From contig SVBG01000002.1 of NCBI GenBank assembly GCA_015059015.1, positions 49,636-113,635 of the forward strand: a stretch of DNA of 64,000 nt, given 5' to 3'. The stretch comes from Erysipelotrichaceae bacterium (GTDB lineage: Bacteria; Bacillota_I; Bacilli_A; ML615J-28; CAG-313). The position numbers and the translations under genes are program-made. The notes under the pieces were generated by a model. It did no database searches and was not told the DNA's origin. It worked only from the letters and a program-made list of their open reading frames with translations. Each line of letters starts with the position of its first letter. Position 1 is the stretch's first letter. Below are positions 1-9,514 of the stretch, piece by piece.

Positions 1-1
1 T

Positions 2-271
2 AGAACAATTAAAGTAGAACAAAATCAAAAAGTCATTGATAGAGGTTTATATGGAATTATTAGACACCTAATGTATACCGCAACAATTCTATTATTTCTA
101 TCAATGCCACTTGTGCTTGGTTCTTTAATTTCTTTTTTTATCTTCCTCATTTATCCTGTTATTATAATAATAAGAATAATTGATGAAGAAAAAGTATTAG
201 AAAAAGAACTAGATGGATATATTGATTATAAAAAACGTGTTAAATATCGTTTAATACCATTTATTTGGTAG
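2..271 (+). CDS. Isoprenylcysteine carboxyl methyltransferase (ICMT/PEMT-like) family membrane methyltransferase; C-terminal part, 5' end lies outside the window
   Basis: Reading frame is open from the window edge. Translation reads ...RTIKVEQNQKVIDRGLYGIIRHPMYTA..., containing the GxYxxxRHPxY motif typical of this family, followed by a hydrophobic segment and the ORF-track stop at 271. Confidence 0.6.
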   Translation, partial: RTIKVEQNQKVIDRGLYGIIRHLMYTATILLFLSMPLVLGSLISFFIFLIYPVIIIIRIIDEEKVLEKELDGYIDYKKRVKYRLIPFIW

Positions 272-319
272 ATGTAATGTTAAGTTATAATTTTATATAT
301 TTGGATTAGGAGTGTTTTT

Positions 320-943
320 ATGAAAAATGAAATTGTATTACTGGGTAAGAAAATATTATTAGATGAATCAGATATTGTATTTGAATATCATGGAGAACCT
401 AATTTTGAAGACTATTTTGATGTAAAGTTAGGCAATTGGTCATATATTGATGGCTGCTTAGTAGGAAAAGAGTTAGAAAATAGAGGCGGCATTATATATG
501 TTAAAGAAAGATTTGACTTTGATGTAATGATGACTTTTAAAGTTGCAACAGTCTTACCTGCTACACGTGATTTAAATGCAGTATGGTGTAGTAATTGGAA
601 TGAAGAAACTAATTATTTAGGTAATTCATATGTATGTGGTTTAAATGGTTGGTATGAAAATAAAGCAGGAATTGAACGTTGTGGTGATAATGAGTTTTAT
701 AGCGGTACTTCTTTATATAAATATACACCTGGTGAATTTGTAGAAATTACTTGTGGATCAATTAATGGACATTGTTTTATGTTTGTAGATGGTGTATTAA
801 TATGTGAGTATAAAGATAATTTTCCACTCGTTGGTGGTTTTGTAGGTATATCTCCATATTGTACACAGTTAAAAATTAAAGATGTAGTTGTAAGAAAAAT
901 AAAATGGGAGAAATATAAACAAAGATATTTACCAGAAGTATAA
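320..943 (+). CDS. Hypothetical cytosolic protein, 207 aa (no confident family; possibly YesU/DUF1961-like)
   Basis: AGGAG RBS 8 nt upstream of the ATG. Long ORF with no signal peptide or TM segment. The family assignment is from memory only and weak. Confidence 0.55.
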   Translation: MKNEIVLLGKKILLDESDIVFEYHGEPNFEDYFDVKLGNWSYIDGCLVGKELENRGGIIYVKERFDFDVMMTFKVATVLPATRDLNAVWCSNWNEETNYLGNSYVCGLNGWYENKAGIERCGDNEFYSGTSLYKYTPGEFVEITCGSINGHCFMFVDGVLICEYKDNFPLVGGFVGISPYCTQLKIKDVVVRKIKWEKYKQRYLPEV

Positions 944-1022
944 TTAATAAGTAAATTTAATATAATATATTGACTAAAATATAAATATTTGATATGATAT
1001 ATTTGTTGGAGGATTTATTATT

Positions 1023-1433
1023 ATGAAATGTAATAATTGTAATGCTGAATTATTAGATGAAACTGAATATTGTCCTTATTGTGGTACAAAAACTGAATAT
1101 ACATCTAATAAAAAAGAACCAGAAATTGAAGTTTTAAATAATCAAACAAAAGAAGAAGTTGATACTGAACCTGGATGTTGGGCAAAATTTGCAGGAATCT
1201 CTAATATTTTAGGAACAATAACTATTTCCACATTTTGGATTCCATTGTTAGGTATATTTTCTATTTTTCCAGGAATTCCTGGGATTGTATTTGGTGGTTT
1301 AGGAAAAAATACTAAAAAAGAAGATATAAAACCTATTGCTGAAAGTGGATTTACTAAGTCTTTAGTTGGAACAATACTTTCAGTAGTTTCATATTTTGTT
1401 TGGATTATTATTATTGTAATAGCTTCAGTATAA
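1023..1433 (+). CDS. Zinc-ribbon domain membrane protein (N-terminal CxxC...CxxC, C-terminal TM helices)
   Basis: GGAGG RBS. N-terminus MKCNNCNAELLDETEYCPYCG is a zinc-ribbon motif. The C-terminal half is strongly hydrophobic. Confidence 0.6.
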   Translation: MKCNNCNAELLDETEYCPYCGTKTEYTSNKKEPEIEVLNNQTKEEVDTEPGCWAKFAGISNILGTITISTFWIPLLGIFSIFPGIPGIVFGGLGKNTKKEDIKPIAESGFTKSLVGTILSVVSYFVWIIIIVIASV

Positions 1434-1442
1434 AAAATAAAA

Positions 1443-1470
1443 AGTAATTAACGTTATTTTCGTTAATTAC
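1443..1470. terminator. Bidirectional intrinsic terminator between convergent genes
   Basis: Hairpin AGTAATTAACG-ttatttt-CGTTAATTACT flanked by T-runs (plus strand) and A-runs. Confidence 0.6.
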
Positions 1471-2008
1471 TTTTTTCTTTCCAAACTGATAAGTTATTGT
1501 AACAAAACTTTGCCATTTCATACACTGAATCTTGCATATTAGATTCTAACCAGTAAATCATTGTATTTACAACACCACCTGCCCACATAAGTCTTAAGTA
1601 TCTTTCTGTAGGTGAGATACTTTCATCATGTAAAACTAAATCATTTATAGCGGATAGATACTCAAATTTAAAATCGGCATTAAAGATTGTTTTTAAATAT
1701 CTATTATTTTCTTTTATACATTCAAACATTTTAATATACCATTCAGAACTAGTTTTTTCTCTAAAAGGACTACCTATTTTTTCTATTAATATATATGTTT
1801 GATAATATATGATTTGTTTAAGAAGATTATCTTTTGATTCATAATTATTGTAAAATGCCATTCTAGAAACTCCAGCTCTATTACATAGTTCACTGATTGA
1901 AATTTTATAATAATTTTTTTCATTCATTAAAATTATTAAAGCTTCTCTTAAACTTTCACATACAATTCTATTTTGTTTTTTGTTATGTTCGTTAGAAATG
2001 ATTGTCAT
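1463..2008 (-). CDS. TetR/AcrR family transcriptional regulator
   Basis: N-terminal HTH reads ISISELCNRAGVSRMAFYNNYESKDNLL, the TetR signature. Size 181 aa. Confidence 0.7.
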   Translation of the reverse strand: MTIISNEHNKKQNRIVCESLREALIILMNEKNYYKISISELCNRAGVSRMAFYNNYESKDNLLKQIIYYQTYILIEKIGSPFREKTSSEWYIKMFECIKENNRYLKTIFNADFKFEYLSAINDLVLHDESISPTERYLRLMWAGGVVNTMIYWLESNMQDSVYEMAKFCYNNLSVWKEKSN

Positions 2009-2223
2009 AAAATGTCTCCTTTTTGTTATTTGTAGAAAATTAAAGGTAATTTATTTATAATTTAATATAAGAGATTACATTTGTAAACACTTATATTGTA
2101 CTAAAAAAAATTAAAATATTAAAGTAATATGATAAATGATTGATTTATTTATTGTATATTATGTATTTTGTTTTAGTCTTAATAGACAAAAAAAATATCT
2201 AAAACTGTAAGAATTAGATATTT

Positions 2224-3120
2224 TTAAAATAGAAATTTATTTATAAATTCAATTCTCTTATTGAAAAAATCAATAACAATTGGATGGTTATAACATACAT
2301 CATATCCATGCATTGTCCTTTTAGTATCATTTAATATGCAATCTTTATTTACTAATAATAGTTTGTTATATAGTAAAACACCTTCATCATGTAGACAATC
2401 AAATTCACATACTTCTATATATGTAGGCGGCATATAAGAGATGTCTTGAGTTAATGGATCAAAAATAAAATCACCATTAGAATATATATTCCACATTTTT
2501 TTATTTAGCTTAGAATTCCACATTGGAGTATTAGTATATTTAATTATTGATTCAAAATTTTTATCTTTTGATACAACAGGATATATTAACATTTGATATT
2601 TAGGTAGCATAATATTGTTTTTAAAACATTCATTTATTACTCTTAAACAGATATATCCGCCAGCAGAATCACCACCAAATCCAATATTAGATATATTTAA
2701 ATCTAATGTCTTATAACACTTTAAGATATATTTATATGCATCAAATGAATCGTTTATACAAATTTCATTATTACTTTTATATGCCATACGATAATCTACA
2801 TATATAATTGTTAGATTGGTTCTTTTAATGTATTCTTTTATGTTCTTAAAATGATTAGGTCCACCTTTAAAACAAAAAGCTCCCCCATGAAAATACATCA
2901 AAGTTCCGCAAGACTTATTATTTTTAGGTTCAATTATATATATATTAAAGTTATCTAACTTAATTTTTCTATATTTTGTAAATTTATTATTAAGAGCTTT
3001 TGGTATAAGATTAAGAATAAAATTACCAAAACCAAACATAAAGCGGTTCATTGGACTTTTTATGTATCTCCATATACCAAATTTTTTATCAATATTGTAT
3101 TTCATCAATGTATACCTCAT
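2224..3120 (-). CDS. Alpha/beta hydrolase fold-3 esterase/lipase (HSL-type)
   Basis: HGGAF oxyanion-hole motif and the GDSAGG nucleophile elbow are both present. 298 aa. Confidence 0.8.
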   Translation of the reverse strand: MRYTLMKYNIDKKFGIWRYIKSPMNRFMFGFGNFILNLIPKALNNKFTKYRKIKLDNFNIYIIEPKNNKSCGTLMYFHGGAFCFKGGPNHFKNIKEYIKRTNLTIIYVDYRMAYKSNNEICINDSFDAYKYILKCYKTLDLNISNIGFGGDSAGGYICLRVINECFKNNIMLPKYQMLIYPVVSKDKNFESIIKYTNTPMWNSKLNKKMWNIYSNGDFIFDPLTQDISYMPPTYIEVCEFDCLHDEGVLLYNKLLLVNKDCILNDTKRTMHGYDVCYNHPIVIDFFNKRIEFINKFLF

Positions 3121-3283
3121 TATTATTATACTAAAAATAATAAAATATTACAATAAATCATTATTAAAAACAAAATAATTGGTATATTATTTTATGATAA
3201 AATTATAAAAATTTAAAACTTTTGTAACGTTTTAAAAAAATATGTGTTTTATTAAGTGAAATATTAATAGTGGAGATGAGAAT

Positions 3284-3808
3284 ATGGATTTAGAAAGAAA
3301 ATTAAAGTCTGCTTTAAATACAAATGATTTAGAACAAATAGAAATCGTATTTGAAGAAATATATAATACATATTATAAATTAATATATTTTTGTATTAAT
3401 ACGAATATTAAAAATCATCAAGATGTTGAGGAATTAGTTGATGATGTTTTTATTAACTTTTATAATAATATTAATAAAATAGATATTTCCAATATTAAAT
3501 ATTATCTCACTAAATCTGCTAAAAATATTTCATTAAATTTCTTAAGAAACAATAAAAATAAAAAGTTTATTTTAGATGAAACAGCTGTTTATACTTATCA
3601 AGAAAGTTATATTAACGAAGAATGTGACATAATAGATGATTTAAAAGAAATTCTAACTGACGAAGAAATATATATTCTTTTAGAACATCTTATTTATGGC
3701 AAAAAACTGATTGACTTAGCTTCAGAGTTTTCAATCACTTTTGTTAATATGCGCGTTAAATATCATAGAATAATTAAAAAATGTAAGAAAGGGCTAAATA
3801 TAAAATGA
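3284..3808 (+). CDS. ECF-type sigma-70 family RNA polymerase sigma factor (divergent)
   Basis: 174 aa. C-terminal region-4-like HTH (LIDLASEFSITFVNMRVKYHRI). Stop overlaps the start of the downstream membrane protein in an ATGA overlap, the usual sigma/anti-sigma arrangement. Confidence 0.5.
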   Translation: MDLERKLKSALNTNDLEQIEIVFEEIYNTYYKLIYFCINTNIKNHQDVEELVDDVFINFYNNINKIDISNIKYYLTKSAKNISLNFLRNNKNKKFILDETAVYTYQESYINEECDIIDDLKEILTDEEIYILLEHLIYGKKLIDLASEFSITFVNMRVKYHRIIKKCKKGLNIK

Positions 3809-5817
3809 AAAATAATTTTTTAGAAGATTTTATTGATAAAAAAGTAAAATCAAATGGAAATTTTAAAAAAATTAAAAATAAAATTTCATATAATGAAGTA
3901 TCTACTGCTAAAAAAGTTTGTTATAATAGAAAATTAAAACTATTATTTGGTATAGTTGGAATATTAGTTATAATAACAATAGTAAGTATTATAATCACTA
4001 AAGACCCATTCGATACTTTATTTCCAGATGACCAACCATATATACCTGTTGATCCTAATAATCAAGGCGACTTAAATAACCCAGGACAAACAGATAACCC
4101 AGGACAAACAGATAATCCTGGACAAACAGATAATCCTGGACAAACAGACAAATATGATGGAAAGTATTCTTTATCATTTGATTTAAAAAATGGGGAAACA
4201 GTAAAAAAGGATTATTATGAAGAAGGAGAAGAAATTAATTTACCAATTGTTGAAAGAGAAGGGTATTACTTTGTTGGATGGAGAGATGTTAATAAAAATA
4301 GATTTTATGCATGTAATAATGGAACAATAGAAAGTATAGTAATTACAGATGATATTATCTTAGAAGCGGACTGGATAAAATTAATTTATGATTTTAATGG
4401 AATGACATATCAAATACTTGTTGATGATAAAAGTAAATATGATCCTTTTGATGCAAATTATATATATAGTGATAAAACGCTTAAACAAGCTCATCAAAAA
4501 TTAGTAGAAACAGAATTTAATATAAAAATAGAATATGTTGAATATGAAAAGTATGATAGCGATATTGATTTAGTTAATCAAATTAAATTAGGGTTTTTAG
4601 ATTTAAGATATAAGAAAAATAATTTATTTGCAGCTGTAGTACCTAATAAAGTTGCAACTAATTTAGGTATTAATAACTATGCTGTAGAATTATATGATGC
4701 TAGTGCTGATTATGGAATATTTAAAGATTTAGAAGTTAATCAAAATGAATACAATAATATATTAACAAGTATTAATTCTAAAGTTTATGGTTATAGTAAT
4801 TCTTATGTTTATGGAGAACAATATATATATTATAATAAAACAAAGGTTACAGAATTAGGTTTAGAAGATCCATTAGTAATGTGGATGAAAGGTACTTGGA
4901 CACAGCAAAACTTTGAATTATGGGTAGAGAGTGCACAAGAAAAATTAACAACTGGTGAATATGTTATTGATATAAATTATGATGATTATATGATGGGGAT
5001 ATCGGCTGCTTCTGGAACGCCTTTAACATTTCCACCACAAACAACAGTTAATTTTACTTCAAAAGAAGTTATTAATGTTTACAAAAATATGAGAACATAT
5101 TATAAAAATGGATGGTGGGCTAATAAAGAAACAGAACAAAATGTTTCAGACAAATTTAAAAATAGTGAAACGATACTACATTCTGGCTATCTATATTATT
5201 TAAATAATGATAAGTATTTTAGTAGTGATATTGAATTTGAAATTGGTATAATTCCATATCCTGTTCAAAGTAGCGATAATATTATTATGACTGAACCTTT
5301 TGAAATCAATTTAATTAACAATTCTAAAGTAATATATGATACTCCTATACAAGTTAATGAAGAAACACTAAAGACAGATGATGGAAAACCTATATATGGA
5401 GTTAATGTTGCAAATTCATCTTATAAAAATCGTTCTTTAGAAGGATCTATCTATAATAATAATTCTAGTGTAGTAATATTTAATTTTGAATATAAAGATT
5501 ATTCTGCAAAAGAAATTTTTCATGTTATAAAAAGATTATCGGAAATAGAAAATAATGAAGTTGAAAATGAAGAATTTATTAATTATTTAAAAGAAAATAA
5601 ACTATCTGACTTAAATATAGATGTAATTTTATCTACACAAAATAAAGAATGCGTAGAAATAGAGATACTTAGAAATCTAGATTTTAATCTAAATTTAAAA
5701 TCATCAAATAGTTCTATGACAAGTCTTTATAATGTATCTTATTCACTTGTTACAACCGATGAGACGATTGCGGTAATTTTAAGAAATTTACAAAATGGTT
5801 ATAAAAATTTAATATAG
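3805..5817 (+). CDS. Membrane-anchored putative anti-sigma factor / surface protein with an (NPGQTD)4 linker and a Listeria-Bacteroides-type repeat
   Basis: Translationally coupled to the sigma gene. Short cytoplasmic N-terminus, one TM helix (LLFGIVGILVIITIVSIIIT), then a low-complexity tandem repeat and a GYYFVGW motif. Large extracytoplasmic domain. Confidence 0.5.
   Translation: MKNNFLEDFIDKKVKSNGNFKKIKNKISYNEVSTAKKVCYNRKLKLLFGIVGILVIITIVSIIITKDPFDTLFPDDQPYIPVDPNNQGDLNNPGQTDNPGQTDNPGQTDNPGQTDKYDGKYSLSFDLKNGETVKKDYYEEGEEINLPIVEREGYYFVGWRDVNKNRFYACNNGTIESIVITDDIILEADWIKLIYDFNGMTYQILVDDKSKYDPFDANYIYSDKTLKQAHQKLVETEFNIKIEYVEYEKYDSDIDLVNQIKLGFLDLRYKKNNLFAAVVPNKVATNLGINNYAVELYDASADYGIFKDLEVNQNEYNNILTSINSKVYGYSNSYVYGEQYIYYNKTKVTELGLEDPLVMWMKGTWTQQNFELWVESAQEKLTTGEYVIDINYDDYMMGISAASGTPLTFPPQTTVNFTSKEVINVYKNMRTYYKNGWWANKETEQNVSDKFKNSETILHSGYLYYLNNDKYFSSDIEFEIGIIPYPVQSSDNIIMTEPFEINLINNSKVIYDTPIQVNEETLKTDDGKPIYGVNVANSSYKNRSLEGSIYNNNSSVVIFNFEYKDYSAKEIFHVIKRLSEIENNEVENEEFINYLKENKLSDLNIDVILSTQNKECVEIEILRNLDFNLNLKSSNSSMTSLYNVSYSLVTTDETIAVILRNLQNGYKNLI
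4078..4149 (+). repeat. 4 x 18-bp in-frame tandem repeat (aacccaggacaaacagat) encoding (NPGQTD)4
   Basis: Read directly from the sequence. Third-position variation occurs between units (cca/cct, gat/gac). Confidence 0.9.
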
Positions 5818-5837
5818 TAAATCATTAGTTAAAATAT

Positions 5838-5872
5838 AGTTCTTGAGCAAATCCACACTCAAGAACTTTTAA
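5838..5872 (+). terminator. Intrinsic terminator downstream of the anti-sigma-like gene
   Basis: AGTTCTTGAG-caaatccacac-TCAAGAACT followed by TTTTAATTT. Confidence 0.7.
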
Positions 5873-5897
5873 TTTGATTATAATATATGTATAATTT

Positions 5898-6065
5898 TAG
5901 GTCTTTAGCGATAAAGATAATAAGGAACCAAGTGAAAGTCTTGGACTGTCCCAGCAACTGTAATAAAAGACGAACGTTAAATACCATTGAGAATATGTAC
6001 AAATATATTTTTGAGAAGGTGACTAGTAGGATGAAGTTTAAGTCAGGAGACTTGCCTAAAATGTA
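5898..6065 (+). promoter_or_regulatory. Cobalamin (B12) riboswitch
   Basis: Conserved core GGAACCAAGTGAAAGTCTTGGACTGTCCCAGCAACTGTAA matches the cobalamin aptamer consensus (GGGAA..GGTGAAA.TCC...CCCGCAACTGTAA). A B12-box-like AAGTCAGGAGACTTGCC is present. It sits in a 320-nt leader ahead of a DUF4430/CbrT-like pair. Confidence 0.7.
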
Positions 6066-6141
6066 AATAAATAGGAGGAATATTTGATATATAACTAAAC
6101 TGCTCGGGGTTCGGTGAAGTATATAGAAAATAAAAAAATTA

Positions 6142-6546
6142 ATGTTTAAGAAGAATTTAATTCTTAAAATTGTACTAAGTGTAATTGCACTTGGTGCAGT
6201 AGTATTATGTGTAGTATTACTTCATAATAGTTTTAAACCAGATTATGATGGAATAATCACAGTTGAAGTAATAGATTTAGATGGATCTGTTATTAATAAA
6301 AAAGAAATTGAGTTTAAAGAAAATGATCAATTAATGAATTTAATTGAAGATAACTTTAATAACGTAACATATCAAAATGGTATGATTATGTCAGTTGAAG
6401 ATTACAATACTCCATCAGATTGGTCAACTTTTTTAAGTATATATGTTAATGATGAAATGAGTCCAGTAGGACTTGCTGATATTGTATTTACTGATGGAAC
6501 AAAAATTTCTTTAATTATTACAGAATATATATCTGATTGGTCTTAA
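6142..6546 (+). CDS. DUF4430-like secreted/membrane-anchored protein (putative cobalamin-binding, often paired with ECF CbrT)
   Basis: N-terminal signal-anchor, 134 aa, lying immediately downstream of the B12 riboswitch. Family assignment rests on context and size. Confidence 0.5.
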   Translation: MFKKNLILKIVLSVIALGAVVLCVVLLHNSFKPDYDGIITVEVIDLDGSVINKKEIEFKENDQLMNLIEDNFNNVTYQNGMIMSVEDYNTPSDWSTFLSIYVNDEMSPVGLADIVFTDGTKISLIITEYISDWS

Positions 6547-6551
6547 GGCAT

Positions 6552-7076
6552 ATGCATTTATCTATTAAAGATATAGTAATAATTGCAGCATGTATATCTA
6601 TTGTTTTTGTTCAAGAACAATTATTATCTTTTTTACCAAATATTCAGTTGACAATTCTTTTGTTAATTTTATATAGTAAAAAACTAGGATTAATAAAAAC
6701 AATTATTATTGTAATAATTCATTCATTTCTTGACTGTTTAGTTACAGGGAGTTTAAACTTATATTATTTTCCATTTATGTTAATGGGTTGGTTATTAATA
6801 CCTGTGATTATAAATTTGTTTTTTAGAAAAACAGAATCAGTTATTACTCTTTCAATAATGGGCATTGTTTTTGCGTTACTTTATTCTTGGGCTTATATCA
6901 TTCCAAATGTTTTAATTCCTAATGAATCTATTTCAAATGTAGGTCTTATTAATTATTTAGCAGCCGATATTACATTTGAAATAATACTTGCAAGTAGTAG
7001 TTTTTTATCGATTTTATGGCTTTATAATCCTTGTTCAAAAGTGTTTGATAAAATATTAAAAGACGTTTATAAATAG
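6552..7076 (+). CDS. CbrT-like ECF-transporter S-component membrane protein (putative cobalamin uptake)
   Basis: Polytopic, ~5-6 TM, ~175 aa. Overlaps the stop of the DUF4430 gene. The ORF track starts at a TTG at 6537; the ATG at 6552 is the alternative. Confidence 0.45.
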   Translation: MHLSIKDIVIIAACISIVFVQEQLLSFLPNIQLTILLLILYSKKLGLIKTIIIVIIHSFLDCLVTGSLNLYYFPFMLMGWLLIPVIINLFFRKTESVITLSIMGIVFALLYSWAYIIPNVLIPNESISNVGLINYLAADITFEIILASSSFLSILWLYNPCSKVFDKILKDVYK

Positions 7077-7189
7077 GGAAGTTTTATTAAAAAAAGCTTA
7101 AAAACATAAATATAATAAATACTAATAATAATATTAATGTTTAAATCTAATGAAATATTAAAAAGTTTGATATAATATAGGAGGTATAT

Positions 7190-7516
7190 ATGAACAAATT
7201 AGAATTATTAAAAGAACGTATCATTAAATTCACAAAAGATCGTAATTGGGAACAATTCCATACACCAGTTAATCTTGCTAAATCAATCACTATTGAAGCA
7301 GCAGAACTTTTAGAATGTTTTCAGTGGTCTGATACGGAATTTGATAGAGAACATTTATTAGAAGAATTAGCTGATGTTATGAATTATTGTATTCAATTAT
7401 CACTTGTATTAGAAGTTGATATAGTTGAATGTATAAATAAGAAAATGGATCAAAATGAACTTAAGTATCCAGTAGAAAAATCATATGGTTCTTCAAAAAA
7501 ATACAATAAATTATAA
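7190..7516 (+). CDS. MazG-like nucleotide pyrophosphohydrolase domain protein
   Basis: 108 aa. EAAELLECFQW...ELADVMNY is the typical MazG/all-alpha NTP-PPase helix pair. GGAGG RBS. Confidence 0.7.
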   Translation: MNKLELLKERIIKFTKDRNWEQFHTPVNLAKSITIEAAELLECFQWSDTEFDREHLLEELADVMNYCIQLSLVLEVDIVECINKKMDQNELKYPVEKSYGSSKKYNKL

Positions 7517-7618
7517 AAATAAATGTATATTTGATGAAATTTTAATTAATTTGTGAGATTATATTACTATAAAAATGAATACTAAGAGTAGCAAAAAATT
7601 ATTAAGAAGGGGGATAAC

Positions 7619-8008
7619 ATGGAATTTGTTGAAGCAAAAAAATTACAAGAAATAGTAAATCTAGAAACACCATTTGAAGATATTATTAAAACTTTTAATG
7701 ATTTAATAAAACCATTATGTGAAAGTGATGATTATTTAGTCTTTGAGTCAATAGTATCACCAACTGATATGTATAAATATTTTGATGTTGCTTTTGCAGC
7801 CAATCTAAATCGTGGTGAAAGATCTATTCAAATTAGATTAGAGCTTAAATATTTAGCTGACGCAAAAAGTTTTATTTATCAAAATCTAGTATTTTGTGAA
7901 CTTGATGAAGATTTAAATGAATTAGTAAAAAATACAAATTTATTTAATTACATTGTTAGTGAAAACATTAAACCAGTAGCTATAAATGTATATGAAATGG
8001 ATGTATAA
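7619..8008 (+). CDS. Hypothetical protein, 129 aa
   Basis: Good RBS (AGAAGGGGGATAAC ahead of the ATG). No recognisable motifs. Confidence 0.5.
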   Translation: MEFVEAKKLQEIVNLETPFEDIIKTFNDLIKPLCESDDYLVFESIVSPTDMYKYFDVAFAANLNRGERSIQIRLELKYLADAKSFIYQNLVFCELDEDLNELVKNTNLFNYIVSENIKPVAINVYEMDV

Positions 8009-8040
8009 AAAGCGCTATGAATTTCATAGCACTTTTTATT
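8007..8040 (+). terminator. Intrinsic terminator
   Basis: GCGCTATGA-att-TCATAGCAC followed by TTTTTATTTTTT. Confidence 0.6.
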
Positions 8041-8095
8041 TTTTAATATATATTTTATGGTATAATACAAAAGATTAAACAAAAAAGGTGATAAA

Positions 8096-9448
8096 ATGGC
8101 AAGTTCAAATAATTTTACAGAAGGAAATATAACAAAAAAGTTAGTAACATTTATGCTCCCGATTCTAGCATCTTTAATTCTACAAGCCATGTATGGAGCT
8201 GTAGATACTTTAGTAGTTGGAAAATTTGGTTCTGATGTTGGATTATCAGGTGTATCTACAGGAAGTAGTATCGTAATGTTCGTTACTTTTACTGTTGCAG
8301 CATTTTGTTCAGCAGTAATGATACAAATAGCTAGATATTTAGGTGAAAAAAAAGAAGAGCGTATTGGAAAAGTAATAGGTGGAGCAGTTTGCTTTTTTAT
8401 AGTATTTTCAATAATTCTTACAATAATATTATTAGTATTTGCTCGTCCGATAGCAGTATTGATGCAATCTCCTAAAGAAGCTTTAGATAAAACAGTAACA
8501 TATATTAAAATATGTGGTATTGGAATGATATTTATAGTTTTCTATAATGTAATAAGTAGTATCTTTAGAGGACTTGGTAATTCAAAACTTCCACTTTTAT
8601 TTGTAGGTATATCTTGTGTTGTTAATATTGTTTTGGATTTAATTTTTGTAATTATATTTAAATTGGATGTTGCAGGAGCAGCACTTGCTACGGTAATAGC
8701 TCAAACAGTAAGTGTAATATTATCAATTATCATAATATTAAAACAAAAACTTCCATTTACAATTACTTTAAAAGATTTTAGGTTTAATAAAGAAGTTCTT
8801 TTATTTACCAAAATTGGTTTTCCAATTGCCCTTCAAGAAATATTAACTAATTTATCTTTTGCAGCACTACTTGCTTTTATAAATAAACTTGGACTAGAAC
8901 AATCTAGTGGATATGGAATAGCTAATAAACTAGTTAGTTTTGCAATGTTAATACCAAGTGCTTTAATGCAATCAATGGCAAGCTTTGTTGGTCAAAATAT
9001 AGGTGCAGATAAACTTGATCGTGCTAAAAAAGCAATGTATACTGGTATGATATTAGGCTCTTTTGTAGGTGTGTTTATTTTTATTGGATTAATATTTTTT
9101 GGAAAAGAAGTATCAATGATATTTACAGATAACCAAAGTTATGCATTTGAATCAGGCGAATATTTAAAAGGATTCGCATTAGAAGTAATTTTAACAAGTG
9201 TTTTATTTAGTTATATGGGGTATTTTAGTGGTCAAGGTAAAACAATGTTTGTAATGATTCAAGGTTTAGCTCAAACATTCTTAGTTAGACTTCCAATGTC
9301 TTATATAATGAGTATTAGACCAAATCCATCATTAACTTTAATTGGGCTTGCTGGTCCAAGTGCAACTATATTTGGAATATTGACAAATTTGATATATTAT
9401 ATTATTATAAATAATAAGAAAAAAGTAAAAGAAATAATAATTGATTAA
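8096..9448 (+). CDS. MATE family efflux transporter
   Basis: 450 aa, 12-TM pattern, typical MATE N-terminus (ILASLILQAMYGAVDTLVVGKFG). Confidence 0.85.
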   Translation: MASSNNFTEGNITKKLVTFMLPILASLILQAMYGAVDTLVVGKFGSDVGLSGVSTGSSIVMFVTFTVAAFCSAVMIQIARYLGEKKEERIGKVIGGAVCFFIVFSIILTIILLVFARPIAVLMQSPKEALDKTVTYIKICGIGMIFIVFYNVISSIFRGLGNSKLPLLFVGISCVVNIVLDLIFVIIFKLDVAGAALATVIAQTVSVILSIIIILKQKLPFTITLKDFRFNKEVLLFTKIGFPIALQEILTNLSFAALLAFINKLGLEQSSGYGIANKLVSFAMLIPSALMQSMASFVGQNIGADKLDRAKKAMYTGMILGSFVGVFIFIGLIFFGKEVSMIFTDNQSYAFESGEYLKGFALEVILTSVLFSYMGYFSGQGKTMFVMIQGLAQTFLVRLPMSYIMSIRPNPSLTLIGLAGPSATIFGILTNLIYYIIINNKKKVKEIIID

Positions 9449-9514
9449 TAAATTATTGTTAAAAAAATGTATTTTGTGGTATGATAATAATATAAATAAA
9501 AACGAGGTATTAAA

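Noticed and set aside
7948-8190. Minus-strand 80-aa ORF overlapping the start of the MATE gene
   Set aside because: Antisense to a well-supported transporter gene. Low complexity, no RBS.
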